DNA of 63,509 nucleotides, counting the filler, from Atractiella rhizophila (lineage: Eukaryota): assembly GCA_021432655.1 (NCBI GenBank). It is 4 parts of 3 records of this genome, joined end to end, with 100 filler letters (N's around TTAATTAATTAA, not from the genome) between each part and the next. Parts side by side here need not be neighbours in the genome. Positions count along the whole stretch, not along the records: positions 1 to 27,318 come from MU271745.1; positions 27,419 to 39,176 come from MU271747.1; 2 more parts are not named here. The stretch is one strand, 5' to 3'. The position numbers were made by a program, and so were the translations under genes. This document shows positions 25,780 to 38,954 of the stretch, in pieces; positions within the stretch are counted from its first letter, which is position 1, and each line of letters begins with the position of its first letter. The notes under the pieces were generated by a model. That model saw only the letters and a program-made list of their open reading frames with translations, did no database searches and was not told where the DNA came from.

Positions 25780-27318
25780 TTACGAGCAACAAATGAGGTT
25801 CTCGCAGCTCGAACTTGGTGGACACCGAAGCTGACACCTCCTCTGCTTCAATTTCATCACCTCTGTTACATTATTTGATGGTGGGGTGTCCTCCTCTATT
25901 TCTCCATCATGGTCCGTATCTGGCGGCGTGCTTAGGACCGTGAATGAAAGGGCAGGAGTAGACGGAGAAGAAATGGACCTGGTCGCTTCGTGGGCTGCTC
26001 GAAGGGGATCGACGTATTCTGGCTGGATGGTGACACTGTGGATACTCCAGTGGTGCAGACACTGAGATTTCAAACATGAAGGAGGAACCTAAAATGGAGA
26101 ACACGAGAACTAACCTCCCGGACTTTCTGCGCAGCTGCCATAAAGCTTTGGATGGAATCTTCTGATGTGGCAACGTGGACAGAGGCTATACGTTTCTTCT
26201 GCGTAAGTGACCAAACGTGAAGGTCATGTGCGTCTAGAATGCCAGGAATCTTCACCCTTTTCTTATTAGGAAGCGTTTGTGATAAGAGCAGTAGTGTAAC
26301 GAACCGCAACAATGTCCTTTTCTACTCCTGCAATGTCCAACTCGGCTGGTGCACTGTCCAGTAATATCCGTCCGCTGCGTCTGATAAGAGGTAGAGCGGT
26401 AAGGATAATCGAGAACGCAATGAAGAGGGATATGGCTGGATCGGCGTAAAACCTCGACGGAGACGTTGTTTGCCAAATTATTACGGCAGAAATCATGACC
26501 TGGGAATCAATCCTGTTATTCGAGGACGGGCATAGCCGATAGACGATGGACAACTCACTCCGATATTGTTAATTGCATCTCCTACCAAATGCAGAAACAC
26601 GCCTAGCATCCCAAAATCCCGATGCTTTTTGAGCACTTGAACAGCCTTAGAATGATGATGGTCCGCGTGCTCGTCTTGCACTGGGATGACATTTAGAGTG
26701 GCCTCGATTGCTGATGAGATCCCTTTGGTTGTGGAGGTTTCTGGAAAGTTTAAATCGGGAGAATCAGTAGTTGTGCCTGGTGTATGGGAATGTGCATGCT
26801 TATGCTCGTGAGAATGTGAATCTGAGTGTGAATGCGATTGACTATGAGAGTGCTCGTGTCCGTGTCCGTGATGCTCTATGAGGAAGCGAGAGTCAGAGGG
26901 AGAAATATGAGAGAAGACGGCGCACCGTGAACGAAGGCCATCGACAAAATATTGAGTGCAAGACCAACGCCTCCAACCTGATACTCAGTATCACTGATGG
27001 CTTCCACCATGTCGAGAGCCAATAAACATACAATAAGTACAGTTTTAGGATTTCTGACCTCTAGAATATCTGCATGAGCACGAATTTTCAACATTGAAAG
27101 TTCTGCGGCATACCTTCAAGCTCCACAAACCTCTCTATGCTCTGCAAGAGCACACTAAGCCCCAGCGCAAGCAGGAAGACACCGTTAAAGAATCCTCCAA
27201 GGAGAGTTGCGCGCTGATATCCAAAGCTGTAATGCGCGGGACTCCTTCCTTCCTCCTGGACACATAACATGCAAAATGAGTGCTCGGAGCTACCCAGCGC
27301 TGCCTTCAAATCGTAAAC
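25780..27318 (-). CDS. ZRC1: Cation diffusion facilitator zinc/cobalt transporter (Zrc1/Cot1-like); 5' end lost in gap
   Basis: YSFGYQRATLLGGFFNGVFLLAL, His-rich loop ~26790-26875, GMLGVFLHLVGDAINNIGV, YADPAISL, AHDLHVWSL and HSVTIQPE. Confidence 0.9.
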
Positions 27319-27418
27319 NNNNNNNNNNNNNNNNNNNNNNNNNNNNNNNNNNNNNNNNNNNNTTAATTAATTAANNNNNNNNNNNNNNNNNNNNNNNNNN
27401 NNNNNNNNNNNNNNNNNN
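27319..27418. other. Assembly gap with six-frame-stop linker
   Basis: N44-TTAATTAATTAA-N44. Confidence 0.98.
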
Positions 27419-27908
27419 CCAAAGTGGCAGATTTCAAGTTGTTGTGTCGTGTTGTTTCGGTGGAGGGAAGACAAAGGTTCTGTTCAATGGTCCAACGACG
27501 AAGTCAAGGATACCAGTAACAATATTAGCGGCCTGACACGGTTCCACGCGAATTCCGCGCTCAGTATATCGGTGATGGCATCTGTAGTGGATGGTGTGGA
27601 GCAGAGCGGAAGTGTTCAAAGGATGGAATGGGACCTTGTTGACGTGAATATTAAGGAACAAGGTATGTCTCTCCTGCATTCGTTGAATCTGGGTTTGCAA
27701 GCGTGTTGATGTTGCGCGCGACGTTACACTTGAGGGTGCTGGGGAAATCAAGTCCCTGTGTATTGAGGAGATTGCACAACGTGTTGCGTTCCATGGACGA
27801 CAGCTGCTAACTATAACAAAGTAGCAAGTTCCACGGCTGTATAAGATCTGGGCCTATTTTGCGTCATCATAGAGCCTAGCAACTGACATCTGTTCTCGTG
27901 GTCACCAG

Positions 27909-30002
27909 CTGGAATCGCTGAGCGCAATGTCGCGTCTGTTCCAACCCCCACGCCAGAAATATCCAACTCACTCTCCTCTCTCATCATTGAACAACCGACG
28001 ACACGCTCACGGTCTTCCTCCCTCTCTTCCCTCTCCAGCCTCTCCTCCATATCCATCACGGACTATTCATCTTCCGACTGGTCGTCAGACGACGTAGGAA
28101 GTTCTGACGCGGATGCGCAGGAAGAAGGGATACCAGATGCCTCCCTACCGTTAGGATACCGCCTGTCTCACCGCACTTTGCCACTTGAACGACCGCCTTC
28201 ATTGCTTCAAGGGCTTCATTGTCCCACTCCTCTTCCGAGCAAATTACCGACAGTCCACCAAGCGTTTGCACGCTACCCCGGGACGCGATATCGCAAACCC
28301 CCGCCAGTCTTCCCTCTACCTGTTTTTTGGGAGGATGGGTGGGAGGAGAAAGAGGGGAGTTTGATGCCCCCAGCGGAAGGGGATTCTTCAGAGGATGAAA
28401 ACGATCTTTTGCGTAATAGAGGCGACAGGGAGTTCAAGATACCTTTCGACATTGCGCATTGGTACGGCTTGAAGAAGGCTAAGGAACAGTGGGACGCAAA
28501 AGTGGCCCAGAAGAAGGAGCTGTTGGCTAGGAGAAGAACTAAGAGAGCTTCCAGAGGTAGGATTGTTGGGGTGAGTGAAAAGGTGCAGCCTAAGGTCAAG
28601 AAGCAAAAGCCAACAAAGATGAAAGCTGAAGGAGGGAAGGAGAAAGTGAAACCTCCCAAATATAGGTGGATTGAGAAAAGTGCGTTGTCCCTTTCTCCTC
28701 TTCCCCCAATCTTTGTGCTGATGTGGCATGTGGGCAGATACGTATTATCAACGACAGGCCGACCGATATCCTCCAGGGCTCGACCTTCCGATCTGTCAGT
28801 GTGTGGCTCCTGCTGCGTCAACGCCAGCAACACCCGTGTCACTGTCAATCGCGCCAGAGCGACCTGCTCTTGAAAAACGCTCCACACGAGGGAGTGAAGG
28901 CTCTCTACAGCGGAAGGGAACAACTGCTTCGATTGGATGTGGCGATAAGTGCCTTAACCGAGCGATGCTGTATACTTGCCCAAAAAACGCGCCGTGCAGG
29001 GAATTTTGTCAGAATCAACCACTTCACCAGCTAAAAGGACATCGTATGAAGCGACATGGAGTTGACAGTGATGGGGAAGCGGGAAGTGAAATCTTTTGGG
29101 TCGGTTTCACTCCTTCGCTGCGAGCCAGACCTGATGTCCAAGCTTAGACCGGAAACAGAGGGTTTGGGTTACGGGCGAAGCAACAGATTAAGCAAGGGGA
29201 ATTTGTTATAGATTATCGAGGAGAAGTTTGTTTCCCTTTTGGTTTCCGTCAAGCGAGCATTACTTAATTAACTATGCATGACAGATCATTGGAATAAATG
29301 AGTGTTACCGGAGAGTCTACAACATCTACAAGGACTCCAAGAACTTCTACTTCCTTCAGTACAGCGATTTTGAGGTGCTCGATGCAGGGAGGAAGGGAAA
29401 CGAGGCTCGTTTCAGTCAGACTTTGCCTCTTCTAATATGACCAGCTTGCTGATGGTGAGGCAGTGAACCACTCGTGTGATCCCAATACCAAAGTTGTGAA
29501 GTACAAGTACGGCGATCTTGATGAGTATGAAGTATGCACCTCCTGCCCTCGATCAAGCATGCTGAACTGAGAGCAGATTGGATTTTTTGCATTGCGGGAG
29601 ATCAGTCCAGGAGAAGAGCTTACCTACGATTATGGCTGGCAAGATTTTGGCAAGTCAGATCCTATGGGAGCAACTACTGCTGCCACCACCTTCCGCCAGC
29701 CATGTTTCTGCGGGGCTGGACCTGACAAGTGTCGAGGGACTTTAGGAGGGAAGAAGAAACCCGTCGAAAAAGAAAAGAAAGAGAAGAACCCAAAGCAGGG
29801 GAAGAAGGTCAGACAGAAGAAGAAACAGCTGCCGACCCCTTCAGAATCCCGTGACGGAGGTGATTGGAGTGACGTCTCTAGCTTAACTGACTTGTCGGAG
29901 GAGGAAGATGAAGGGATCGAATTGATGTTGGCTGCGGGTAAGAGGAAGGAAAGGGATGCCTACGATGGTGATGAGGAAAGGAAAAGGATCAAGATCGCCT
30001 GA
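27909..30002 (+). CDS. AWS-SET-postSET histone lysine methyltransferase, Ash1/Set2 (H3K36) class; start unresolved
   Basis: AWS: CQC..GCGDKCLNRAMLYTC..CREFCQNQ. SET: NRGFGLRA..GEFVIDYRGE, LDAGRKGNEARFMNHSCDPN, EELTYDY. postSET: CFCGAGPDKCRGTLG. Short C-terminus with no visible SRI or WW domain favours Ash1-like. Confidence 0.88.
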
Positions 30003-30214
30003 ATGGACTTCTGTGGGACGGCGTGTTGGGAGCTTCAGTCAGTGCCTTCGTGTTTCTCTTCTTGGACCTTGGATAGTTGCACAAGACGTATTTCATGCTG
30101 CATTAGTCTGTTGTGCTATGCTAACAATATTGCGTTCCGTGATAAATCAATGTGCCGGTGATATACAAGGAATGTGACCCAGAAATACAACAAGCCCAAA
30201 GATCGTAAAGCTCT

Positions 30215-32014
30215 CTAGCTCTCTCTAGCGCCATTTGACAGCGTAATCAGCAGAGTGCTTTCCAGCCTCCAGGTCATGCAAATTGTCTTTGTCCTTTTGA
30301 ACGTCTTCCAGTGCGATGCTCTCGCTCTGCGATGCCTCCGCGAGATTTTTCTCATCCCCTCCGCTCTTGACACTTTTAACCATCCCCCCTCTCCCGCCGA
30401 CATGTGTGGCCGAAGCGTGTTCGTCAGCCTGAACAGAGCTTTAGCAAATCTTGACCGATTACGCAACAAAAAAACGAACGCGAGTGAAGGTTACAACATC
30501 AACTTTGATTGAGAATTCAGTTGGATCCTTGTTCGTGCCTGGCGGTCCACCAGCATTTGAGCCCCAGAACTTGTTCCAAAAGCTCTTGCGGGTTCGAGAC
30601 CTTGAACGTGTACGAGAGCCTGTAAAGATCATTTGTGGGCCACCCACGCGAACCAGGAGACATAGAAAGCTTACGCTGTTGAGATTCTGAGTCGCCGTCC
30701 CGTCGCACTACCTTCTCCTGCAGATTGAGCACAATCGCTTGTGCCATGTCTAGTGACAATTTTAGCCCGGTTCATTGTTAAGTAAACGTGAGAGCCTACT
30801 TATATTGACCACCAAGGCCAAGGTTGCAGCGATAGATTGAATACCGCGCGACTTCGGCGTCAACCATCTACATGTCCACTGGCGTTATTAAAGGCGACCA
30901 AAGGAGAGGAGACAACCCACAAAACGACATTAACGATGTTTCCAGCTGTTATAATGATCACGTAGACCATCCCTTCGCGCGGAGGATGAGCCGTCGAAGA
31001 TTGAAAAGCAACAAGAACAGACCTTCTCGAAAGAGATACCGCGAAAATGGGTGCCAACCTCCCTTAGATAATTTTTGCTGTCCGATATCAGTCAATCGCC
31101 GTTCCTTTCAAAAAGTGAGACCGCTTACCCCTTTCCGCAACTCTAAAAACGTAAGAGTGGCGACTGATAAATCCAGTAGAACACTATCATGCCACATCAT
31201 GAGGGACTGCTACTATTTTACCATGTTGCTTACTTAGGGATGTAGAAAGCGATCGCGAACCTGCACCGAGGTGAGCCTTAACTTCTCCGGGAAAGAAGGA
31301 CAACGTACTCAGGATGAGGGTTACCTGCGAGGCATTGACCATGGGGACCAATGGAAATATCTTGGTAGGATGTGGACCAAATCTCAAGTCCCGCAGTGAC
31401 CGTAATGGCCGTCTATACAGAGAACGCCATCAGAATCAGAGGGTATGGCACAAAGGGGAACTTACCAGAAGAATTTTCCCCAGCAGAGGATTCTTTCGAC
31501 AAATTGCCCTGTGCTAAATCGTAAGCATCTGACGTTGTCACTCTAGGCAGCTACGCACCAACATCGATAGCACAGAATACACGATGCTAAACTCGTAGCA
31601 ATACAACGAAGATACCTCACGAAGCAAATCCAGATAAAACACCTTGTCTTGTCTGTGAAATGATCGCTAAAGAATCCTACAGTAGTGAAAGCAACGGAGA
31701 AAGCTTCAAGCGTGCGTAAGAGCACCTCAGTTGGAGGTTCGAAAAACGAAATGGCAAAAAACGCGTACCTCCAACGTATCTGGTGCGTCTTGCTTCAGTG
31801 ACTTTCAGAGTATGGGAAGAGGTGCATACCTGGCAAGCATGAAGAGGATGAAGGGCACACTGACCTCCCCTTTGTCCACCTGTCGATTGATGAAGCGCCA
31901 TTCGGCAGGTATCGTGCGAATGAACTCATATGTGAAGATACTGAAAGCAGCAATCCTGACCAGACCTTGAATCTCCAATGGGTCCCAAGCAGTCCACGTT
32001 GGTTCGGACGACAT
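30215..32014 (-). CDS. Multi-pass membrane protein of a basidiomycete-type family (DUF6533-like N-terminus)
   Basis: First exon IAAFSIFTYEFIRTIPAEWRF..FILFMLARY, several hydrophobic exons, and SLDMAQAIVLNL before a soluble tail. Confidence 0.6.
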
Positions 32015-33495
32015 TCTTCGAACAAGCCCCCCGTTCTGCTAAATTGAAGCTGTAGTACCTTGCAAGAAGGCTTCCCCATACCTTCACTTCCTTTTATATG
32101 CAATTTGCAGATTCCTGGGTAAGTTTCGGCACGCACAATTCCAGGACGTGCCACAGCGTCGGGATGGAGTTTGGAGCAAGAAGAGCGTGCGGACGGCTTT
32201 TGCTCCCTTCATTCCCTCTTCGCGATCCCCACCACCGAGGATAGTGAGAACATTGAGAATTCAAGAACTGATGATGGGCAAATTCATGAGGACTGGATGA
32301 AGAATTAATCTGACGCGCGCCAGAAGCTTGGGTGAACGCCGCACTGGATCTCAGCGACCAGCTCAGCAACCGTGCCAAGGGAAAGGGGGGTAAAGTTCCA
32401 GCTCTGACGGCCATTTGCCTCTAACCATGGCAATTGGACTGATCGCAATTGCAATTGCATTGTGCAATCCCAAAACCAAAATTGCAACACACATGCAGTT
32501 CCTTCCTCTCCCTAAGACCTGCTACTCACCAGGATATCGATAAATTTAAAGCTGCACTGCAGAAGCAAGCCTGAGCAGATGGCTGTTTGATCAACTGCAG
32601 GATCAACTGTCCATAAAATCTTCTTTTAAACTCAAATGCAGGGAAGCTCAAGCGAGCTATCAAAATCAAATTTGTCAAAATCAATCCATCGGCATGACAT
32701 GCTGACTTCGAAGCAAAAACTTTCATCCAATTCTAACTTCGATGCTCAAGCTGTGTGGAGGTGAGACATGAGATAAGTTGCCTTTCCAGGACCGTTCTCT
32801 TTCAAAAGGAACGGATTCCCACATAGCCTTTGACTTCATGGTCACGCTGACAGCGACCAAGTTTATTTGTACCATTTTGAGCCACCCAATAAAGGCCTGA
32901 TGGAAAGAGACTGCAACATTATCCACCCCTGTCCTGTCAACCAACGCAAATACTACTGATAAGGAAACACAACCTCGACAAGGGGATAAAGTCCGAATGG
33001 ATCAATTGATCACGACGGAAGCTTTGAAAGCGGCGCAAACACCGGGAGGAGATCGAAATCGGCACAATTGCTTCCTTTCCATTTTACTCCAAAACGCGAC
33101 TTGAAGTATTTGGAGAGAGAAACTCTTGCCGCTGCATCGCTCTCCCTAAACAAAGACGCCTTCCAGGAATTCAAGAGCACTCAAAATCAAATCGCTGGCA
33201 CCTTGAGCAGCCTTGCAGAAGCAGATGTGATCAATGATCCACCTGCTGGAAAGGAAGGCATGTCACGACATGCACTCGAGCGAAGATTCAAAATTGATCA
33301 AATAAATTGAGCAATGAAGCCCACTGTTTCGTGACCGCTACGCAGAAGAAGAACAAAAGAACCGATTTGCCCTGCAAGCTGATAAGTTGTTGCCTGACTC
33401 AATGCTTATCAGTATCACTACAGATCCGCCCGGGAACGTGCTTCCCGAAGCAGTTTTGATATCTCCAGTAGCTACAAATCTGAACGATTCTACCT

Positions 33496-35383
33496 ATGAC
33501 GATGGCATTCACTTCCATTCCCGTGCTTTCCCTTCTCACTCCCCGGCACGATCTCGTCCCTTCCCTCCGTGCAGCATGCACTGAAGTTGGATTCTTTTAT
33601 CTTGCCCTTGAAGGTACTGGAGTAAAGCCAGATTTGGTGGAAAGGATGTGGGATGTGTCCCGAAAGTACTTTGATCTACCGCTTGATCTTAAGGATGTCA
33701 GTCTTCCTTTCTGTATTCAACTCGAAAGGTTATTGAACTGTTTCTTGAAAATGATGTACAGGTTGGTATCTCAGAAAAATTCAAGGGATACACGCCTCTT
33801 TTAGGAGAGAATGTAGATCCATCAAATAGTAAAGGGGACCTACACGAAGCTTTTGACATTGTACGTCTCCCCTTCAGTTCTCTTGCTAGAAAACACACAC
33901 TGAAAGATAGAGAAAGGGAACAGATAAATCAGGCAATCGGTGCGGTTCTCCTTGCCTCCACAATAAGAGAACATGCTGAACGAAACAATTGAACCTGAAG
34001 TTGGCCTGACGAACTCAAAGTTTTCGGTGAAGAGATCGGGTTCCGTAAAACATTGGAGGAGTATTGGTTCGTTTTCTCTCTCTTCCCTGCTTCTTTCCGA
34101 TAGGTTTTTTGATGAGAACATACGTGGGAATGTGCAGGGAGGCAATGATCTCTCTCGGGCGTCAGCTCTTTCCTCTTCTCGCGCTGTCTCTCGACCTGTT
34201 TGTCCACACCTCCTTTTTTTTTGCGAATGGGAGGAATATCGACAATCGGATGGCGGGGAAGGAACGAAGATTGGTTTGACGATAAATTAACGCATCCAGC
34301 CTGCGTGATGCGCATCCTGTTCGTCATCCTTTTTCTTTCTTCCCTTCTTTAACATGACCCCATCTTTATAGGCACTATCCGCCTCAACCTCCCGCCTCCA
34401 CCTCCCTTGGTATCGGCGCGCAGTGCGTCTTCTTCTCCCTCGTTACTCTTCACAGATGAGAATGGTTTGTCAATGCAGCACCGACTACGAAACTCTCACC
34501 ATCCTCCTGCCTGACCCTACTCCAGCTTTACAGCTTCTGAACAAGAGAGGGAAATGGATCGACGCTCCCAGTAAAGAAGGCTGTGTGGTCGTCAATTTGG
34601 GGGATACCTTAGCCATGTGGACCAGTCTGTCTCCCTTTCCCTTCTTCCACTATACCACAGGGGGAACTGCTTTCAAAGTCATCGCTGCTTGAATGAATGC
34701 TGATCGTAGATGCGTTTGGGAATGGGATAGATGATGTGTACGTGTCGACCGTACATCGTGCTATCAACCTATCGGGGAAAGCAAGGTACAGCGTGCCTTT
34801 CTTTTACGGAGCCAACGAAGACGCCGTCATCTCTGTTCGTCCATCTTCTTTCGTCTTCACATCCATGCGTCATAAGCTGATATTCGAATTGCGAAATGGA
34901 TCGACGCTCCCAGTAAAGAAGGCTGTGTGGTCGTCAATTTGGGGGATACCTTAGCCATGTGGACCAGTCTGTCTCCCTTTCCCTTCTTCCACTATACCAC
35001 AGGGGGAACTGCTTTCAAAGTCATCGCTGCTTGAATGAATGCTGATCGTAGATGCGTTTGGGAATGGGATAGATGATGTGTACGTGTCGACTGTACATCG
35101 TGCTATCAACCTATCGGGGAAAGGAAGGTACAGCGTGCCTTTCTTTTACGGAGCCAACGAAGACGCCGTCATCTCTGTTCGTCCATCTTCTTTCGTCTTC
35201 ACATCCATGCGTCATAAGCTGATATTCGAATTGCGACAGACTATACCAAGCTGCATCAGTGAGGAAAGACCGAAAAAATATCCGGACATCAAGCAAGGCG
35301 AATACGTTTTGAAGAGACTTGGAGATACGTATCAGAACGTTCTTCCCACTGACAGTACAGGCGATGATATATCCAAGAAATAA
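33496..35383 (+). CDS. 2-oxoglutarate/Fe(II)-dependent dioxygenase (IPNS/DIOX family) with an internal tandem duplication
   Basis: IPVLSL..AACTEVGFFYL, FKGYTP..GDLHEAFD, HYPPQ, GAH|TDY (HxD split by an intron), VVNLGD and STVHRA..RYSVPFF (distal His and RxS). Confidence 0.9.
34551..35234 (+). repeat. Tandem direct repeat, 2 x 342 bp
   Basis: 34551-34892 matches 34893-35234. Two differences seen: C34750/T35092 and C34782/G35124. Confidence 0.95.
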
Positions 35384-35575
35384 GAAGACTACAAGTTCGC
35401 TGGTTCCTGCATCATTTGCGACAGTGATCCATGAGGGTATCTATGTATTGCTACAATCCGCTATTCTGTACAGTGTGCGATCAATCATGCATTGGGACAG
35501 ACAGACTTCGAGAGATAATGTCCATCTTCAAATCCAAATAGAATACCGTCAAGCCAAAAGGTAAGGAAGGAAGAT

Positions 35576-37917
35576 CTACTCCTCGATCTCCAACACAGCA
35601 ACCACCATCCGATGGTCGCTAATCCTCCACTGACTCTTCGTCTTCTTCCCCTTCCCCTCCCCGTCCTCAGACACAAGACTGTCGACGATCCCGAACCGTT
35701 TCACGCCCCACTTCGGCTTCTCTTTCTGCTCCTTCCGTTCCGCATCTCGCTGCGGAGTGGATGATGGAGGAGGTTTGGCGGAAACGACGCCGTTGTCTGC
35801 GACCATGACGAAGTCGATCACCTTCCATTCTGCGTCCTTCTCTATCCCAAAGCCGGTGAACGTATGTTGATCCCCCAGCGGACGCGACATGTTCTCACCT
35901 ACACCGACAACAACCACGAATATAAGTAACACTATAAGGTTTGTGGGAGAGGAACAAACGTACCACCATCAGGAGAGAGAGGGACCTCATGTCTCGCATC
36001 AATAAACTTCAATCCTTCCACATCCTTTACCTCCTTCGGATGTCCCTTCAAGCTCCCAACATATTTATTGCCCGTAAGGACTCTATACCCTTCCTCCTCC
36101 TCCACACTATTCAAATCGCCAACAAAAAGAACGAGCGCGTCTCCCTGAGCGGCTATTTTCTCGCGTATCATCTTCCCGCTCTCGTACCGCGCGACGATGC
36201 CGAGGTGGTCAAAGTGAGTGTTCATGACCACGATCGGAGGAGAGGAGGGAGAGAGGAGGTCTCGGAGGCGGATGAGGTTGCACATTCGCGTCAGTTGCTG
36301 TATCGTCCTTTCCCGTTAGTGTGCTCCCTAGGCAAGCGAGAAGAGGACGATGCGTACAGCGTCCCAGCCCTTCGACCCTGGAATGTGAGGTGTCGGCGAG
36401 AGCCAAAAATACTCTGGCTCCCCGACGAGCTCGAATCGGTCCCTGTGGACGTAGATGGTTGAGTATTGAGAAAGAAGAGAAGGGAGACGACGAACCGACG
36501 CCAGAAGATGGGGACGTATTCCCCTGCTTTCTTCCCATCGTTCCTTCCCACCCCTCGCCAATCATATTCTGCTCCAAGCAAGCTTGACAAATCCTCGACT
36601 TGTGGGTGCAGTGGTTCCTACACGTCACCACAAGCGCCCAAAGGCAAATACATCAACACGAAGCTCTCCACCTCTGCCACCTCTAAAGGGCTAAAGGGTA
36701 AGGAAAGAGCGTACCTGAAACCCAATGATGTCGGGACTTTCCCACTTCACCTGATCCGTAAGCGAGAGCCGTCTTTCGCACCAGCTCTTCTCCAATCCTT
36801 CGCTCTTCACAAACATCTTCTTCGCCGCCTGCACATACAGCGGTTGTGCCTTTGGATCGTACCGCACATTGTAGCTAGCGACCTTCAACGACCTCTTGAC
36901 CATTGTCACAGGATCTTCGTCGCCTCCTCCAATCGGTATTTGGTGTGGCGGACGGTGTGGTTGTCGTTGGGATAGAGAACACGGAGAGAGGGGGACGGAA
37001 TGGCAGGGCGAGGGAGGGGTGCGGGTGAGGAAGTGGATGAGGATGAGTAGGGAGAGGGGAAGAAGCGCGTGCAGGGGAGCGAGACGGAGCGCCAGTGTGA
37101 TCGAGCGAAAGGCAAATACATCAACACGAAGCTCTCCACCTCTGCCACCTCTAAAGGGCTAAAGGGTAAGGAAAGAGCGTACCTGAAACCCAATGATGTC
37201 GGGACTTTCCCACTTCACCTGATCCGTAAGCGAGAGCCGTCTTTCGCACCAGCTCTTCTCCAATCCTTCGCTCTTCACAAACATCTTCTTCGCCGCCTGC
37301 ACATACAGCGGTTGTGCCTTTGGATCGTACCGCACATTGTAGCTAGCGACCTTCAACGACCTCTTGACCATTGTCACAGGATCTTCGTCGCCTCCTCCAA
37401 TCGGTATTTGGTGTGGCGGACGGTGTGGTTGTCGTTGGGATAGAGAACACGGAGAGAGGGGGACGGAATGGCAGGGCGAGGGAGGGGTGCGGGTGAGGAA
37501 GTGGATGAGGATGAGTAGGGAGAGGGGAAGAAGCGCGTGCAGGGGAGCGAGACGGAGCGCCAGTGTGATCGAGCGTTGTTTTGTCAGCCAATGAAAGCGC
37601 AGGAGCCTCTTCAGATTCTTCGAGATATTTTTCGTCTTCGTCGTCGTGGTTGTCCCACTGCTGCTGTACACTGGAAGCTCCGATGTTTCGTCACCATTAA
37701 TATCTGCTGCGTGCGGCTCCTCTGTTTCGGGACTATTGGACGAGCATGACGAGGATGAGGGACCAGCTTCACAGTCGTACTCGCAGTCGTCGAGCAATGC
37801 CACGTCTTCTTCCCCCTGCGTGAGTTTCCGCTTGCCTCTCCCGTCTGAGTCGCTCCTATCCATGAAAGGGATCCAACCGCGCACGTTCTCCAGCACGCTC
37901 GCACGTTTCGCTCTCAT
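35576..37917 (-). CDS. Endonuclease/exonuclease/phosphatase (EEP) family protein with an N-terminal TM segment
   Basis: KVASYNVRYD, DIIGFQ|E, GVGRNDGKKAGEYVPIF, FWLSPTPHIPGSKGWDA, NTHFDH, GDLNS, IDFVMV and SDHRMVVA. Confidence 0.9.
36640..37575. repeat. Tandem direct repeat, 2 x 468 bp
   Basis: 36640-37107 matches 37108-37575 with no differences noticed. Duplicated peptides are visible in the ORF track. Confidence 0.95.
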
Positions 37918-38490
37918 CCTTCGTTATCTTCTATTTACTTACTAAACCTAATGCTCGCTCACGAGATCTCGAGCGCTTGAAAGACGAGTATCGCTGGACT
38001 GTAACAAGGAAAGGAAAGGTGGGTGGAAAGACGAGCTCGCCTTTTTATAACTTACGTCCAAGTACAAACGTGCTGCTTTGACAACTAACTCAGTACCTCC
38101 GACAATCCATATAGCTGTCGGTAGACCCCGTACCATCCGAAATCCGAAGAAACAAGAACAGGACACGTCGAGAGCGTATATCACGCAAGCAGCATTGCAC
38201 TCCGTCGCACACGGCCAAGCGCAAAGGTACAGGAACTTACCATTCCAAGTCATGGAGCAACTGCTTCCGCGAAGGACGGAGAGAGTGAATGGTGTGAATT
38301 AACTCATCCTGTGATTTGATGCTATGAACGGGATAGGAATTGGGAGGTAGATCGATGATGCCGAACTTCCGTGAGAGGAGAGGATAGCTATAGGCAAACG
38401 GGTGGAAGCATCTGCCGACTGTCAACGGACAGTGAACGGGACACTGCACAATGGAGGTGGAGGGTGGTGGGATGGGATCAAAGGAGAGGG

Positions 38491-38583
38491 ATGTGAGTCA
38501 AACTGCCAACTACACCAGGCTGGCAGGAAGCAGGAGGATGAGAGAGTTCGCTTGTAACGAATGAGGAATGTGAGTCAAACTGC
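38491..38583. promoter_or_regulatory. Two identical 16-mers containing a Gcn4/AP-1-type TGA(C/G)TCA site
   Basis: ATGTGAGTCAAACTGC at 38491-38506 and 38568-38583, upstream of the EEP gene. Confidence 0.45.
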
Positions 38584-38954
38584 TACAGGACTTACAACTT
38601 TCATTTCATTCATCAAGTGAAGTGGAGTCAAGTGACCTCTAGCTGATAACCTCACATTCACAAAACTGATCGAGAAAGCGACAGCTCTCTCCGCCTTTCA
38701 ATGTTAACCATCTATCATATAGAAGGACGAAGCAGAGGTCGGCACTAAATCTCATGAGCCATTTCCAGCAGACAGACGAACAGTTCTATATATTTTTTCG
38801 AACATTACAACACACAGTCAAACAGTGCTCCTTCGACTTCGAATTCTGATGAGAAAATAGCATCCTTCAACTTCCGCATCTCGAACGATCCCCTGACCAG
38901 CAGAAATGACAAAGGCTCACCACTCCTCCCGAATTTCCACAATTTCCATAAAAT

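Noticed and set aside
27363..27374. TTAATTAATTAA palindrome occurring three times in the window
   Set aside because: Artificial six-frame-stop linker inside N gaps, not biological.
27419..27830. Coding-like sequence right after the gap
   Set aside because: Cannot tell whether it is a 5' exon of the SET gene or the tail of another gene.
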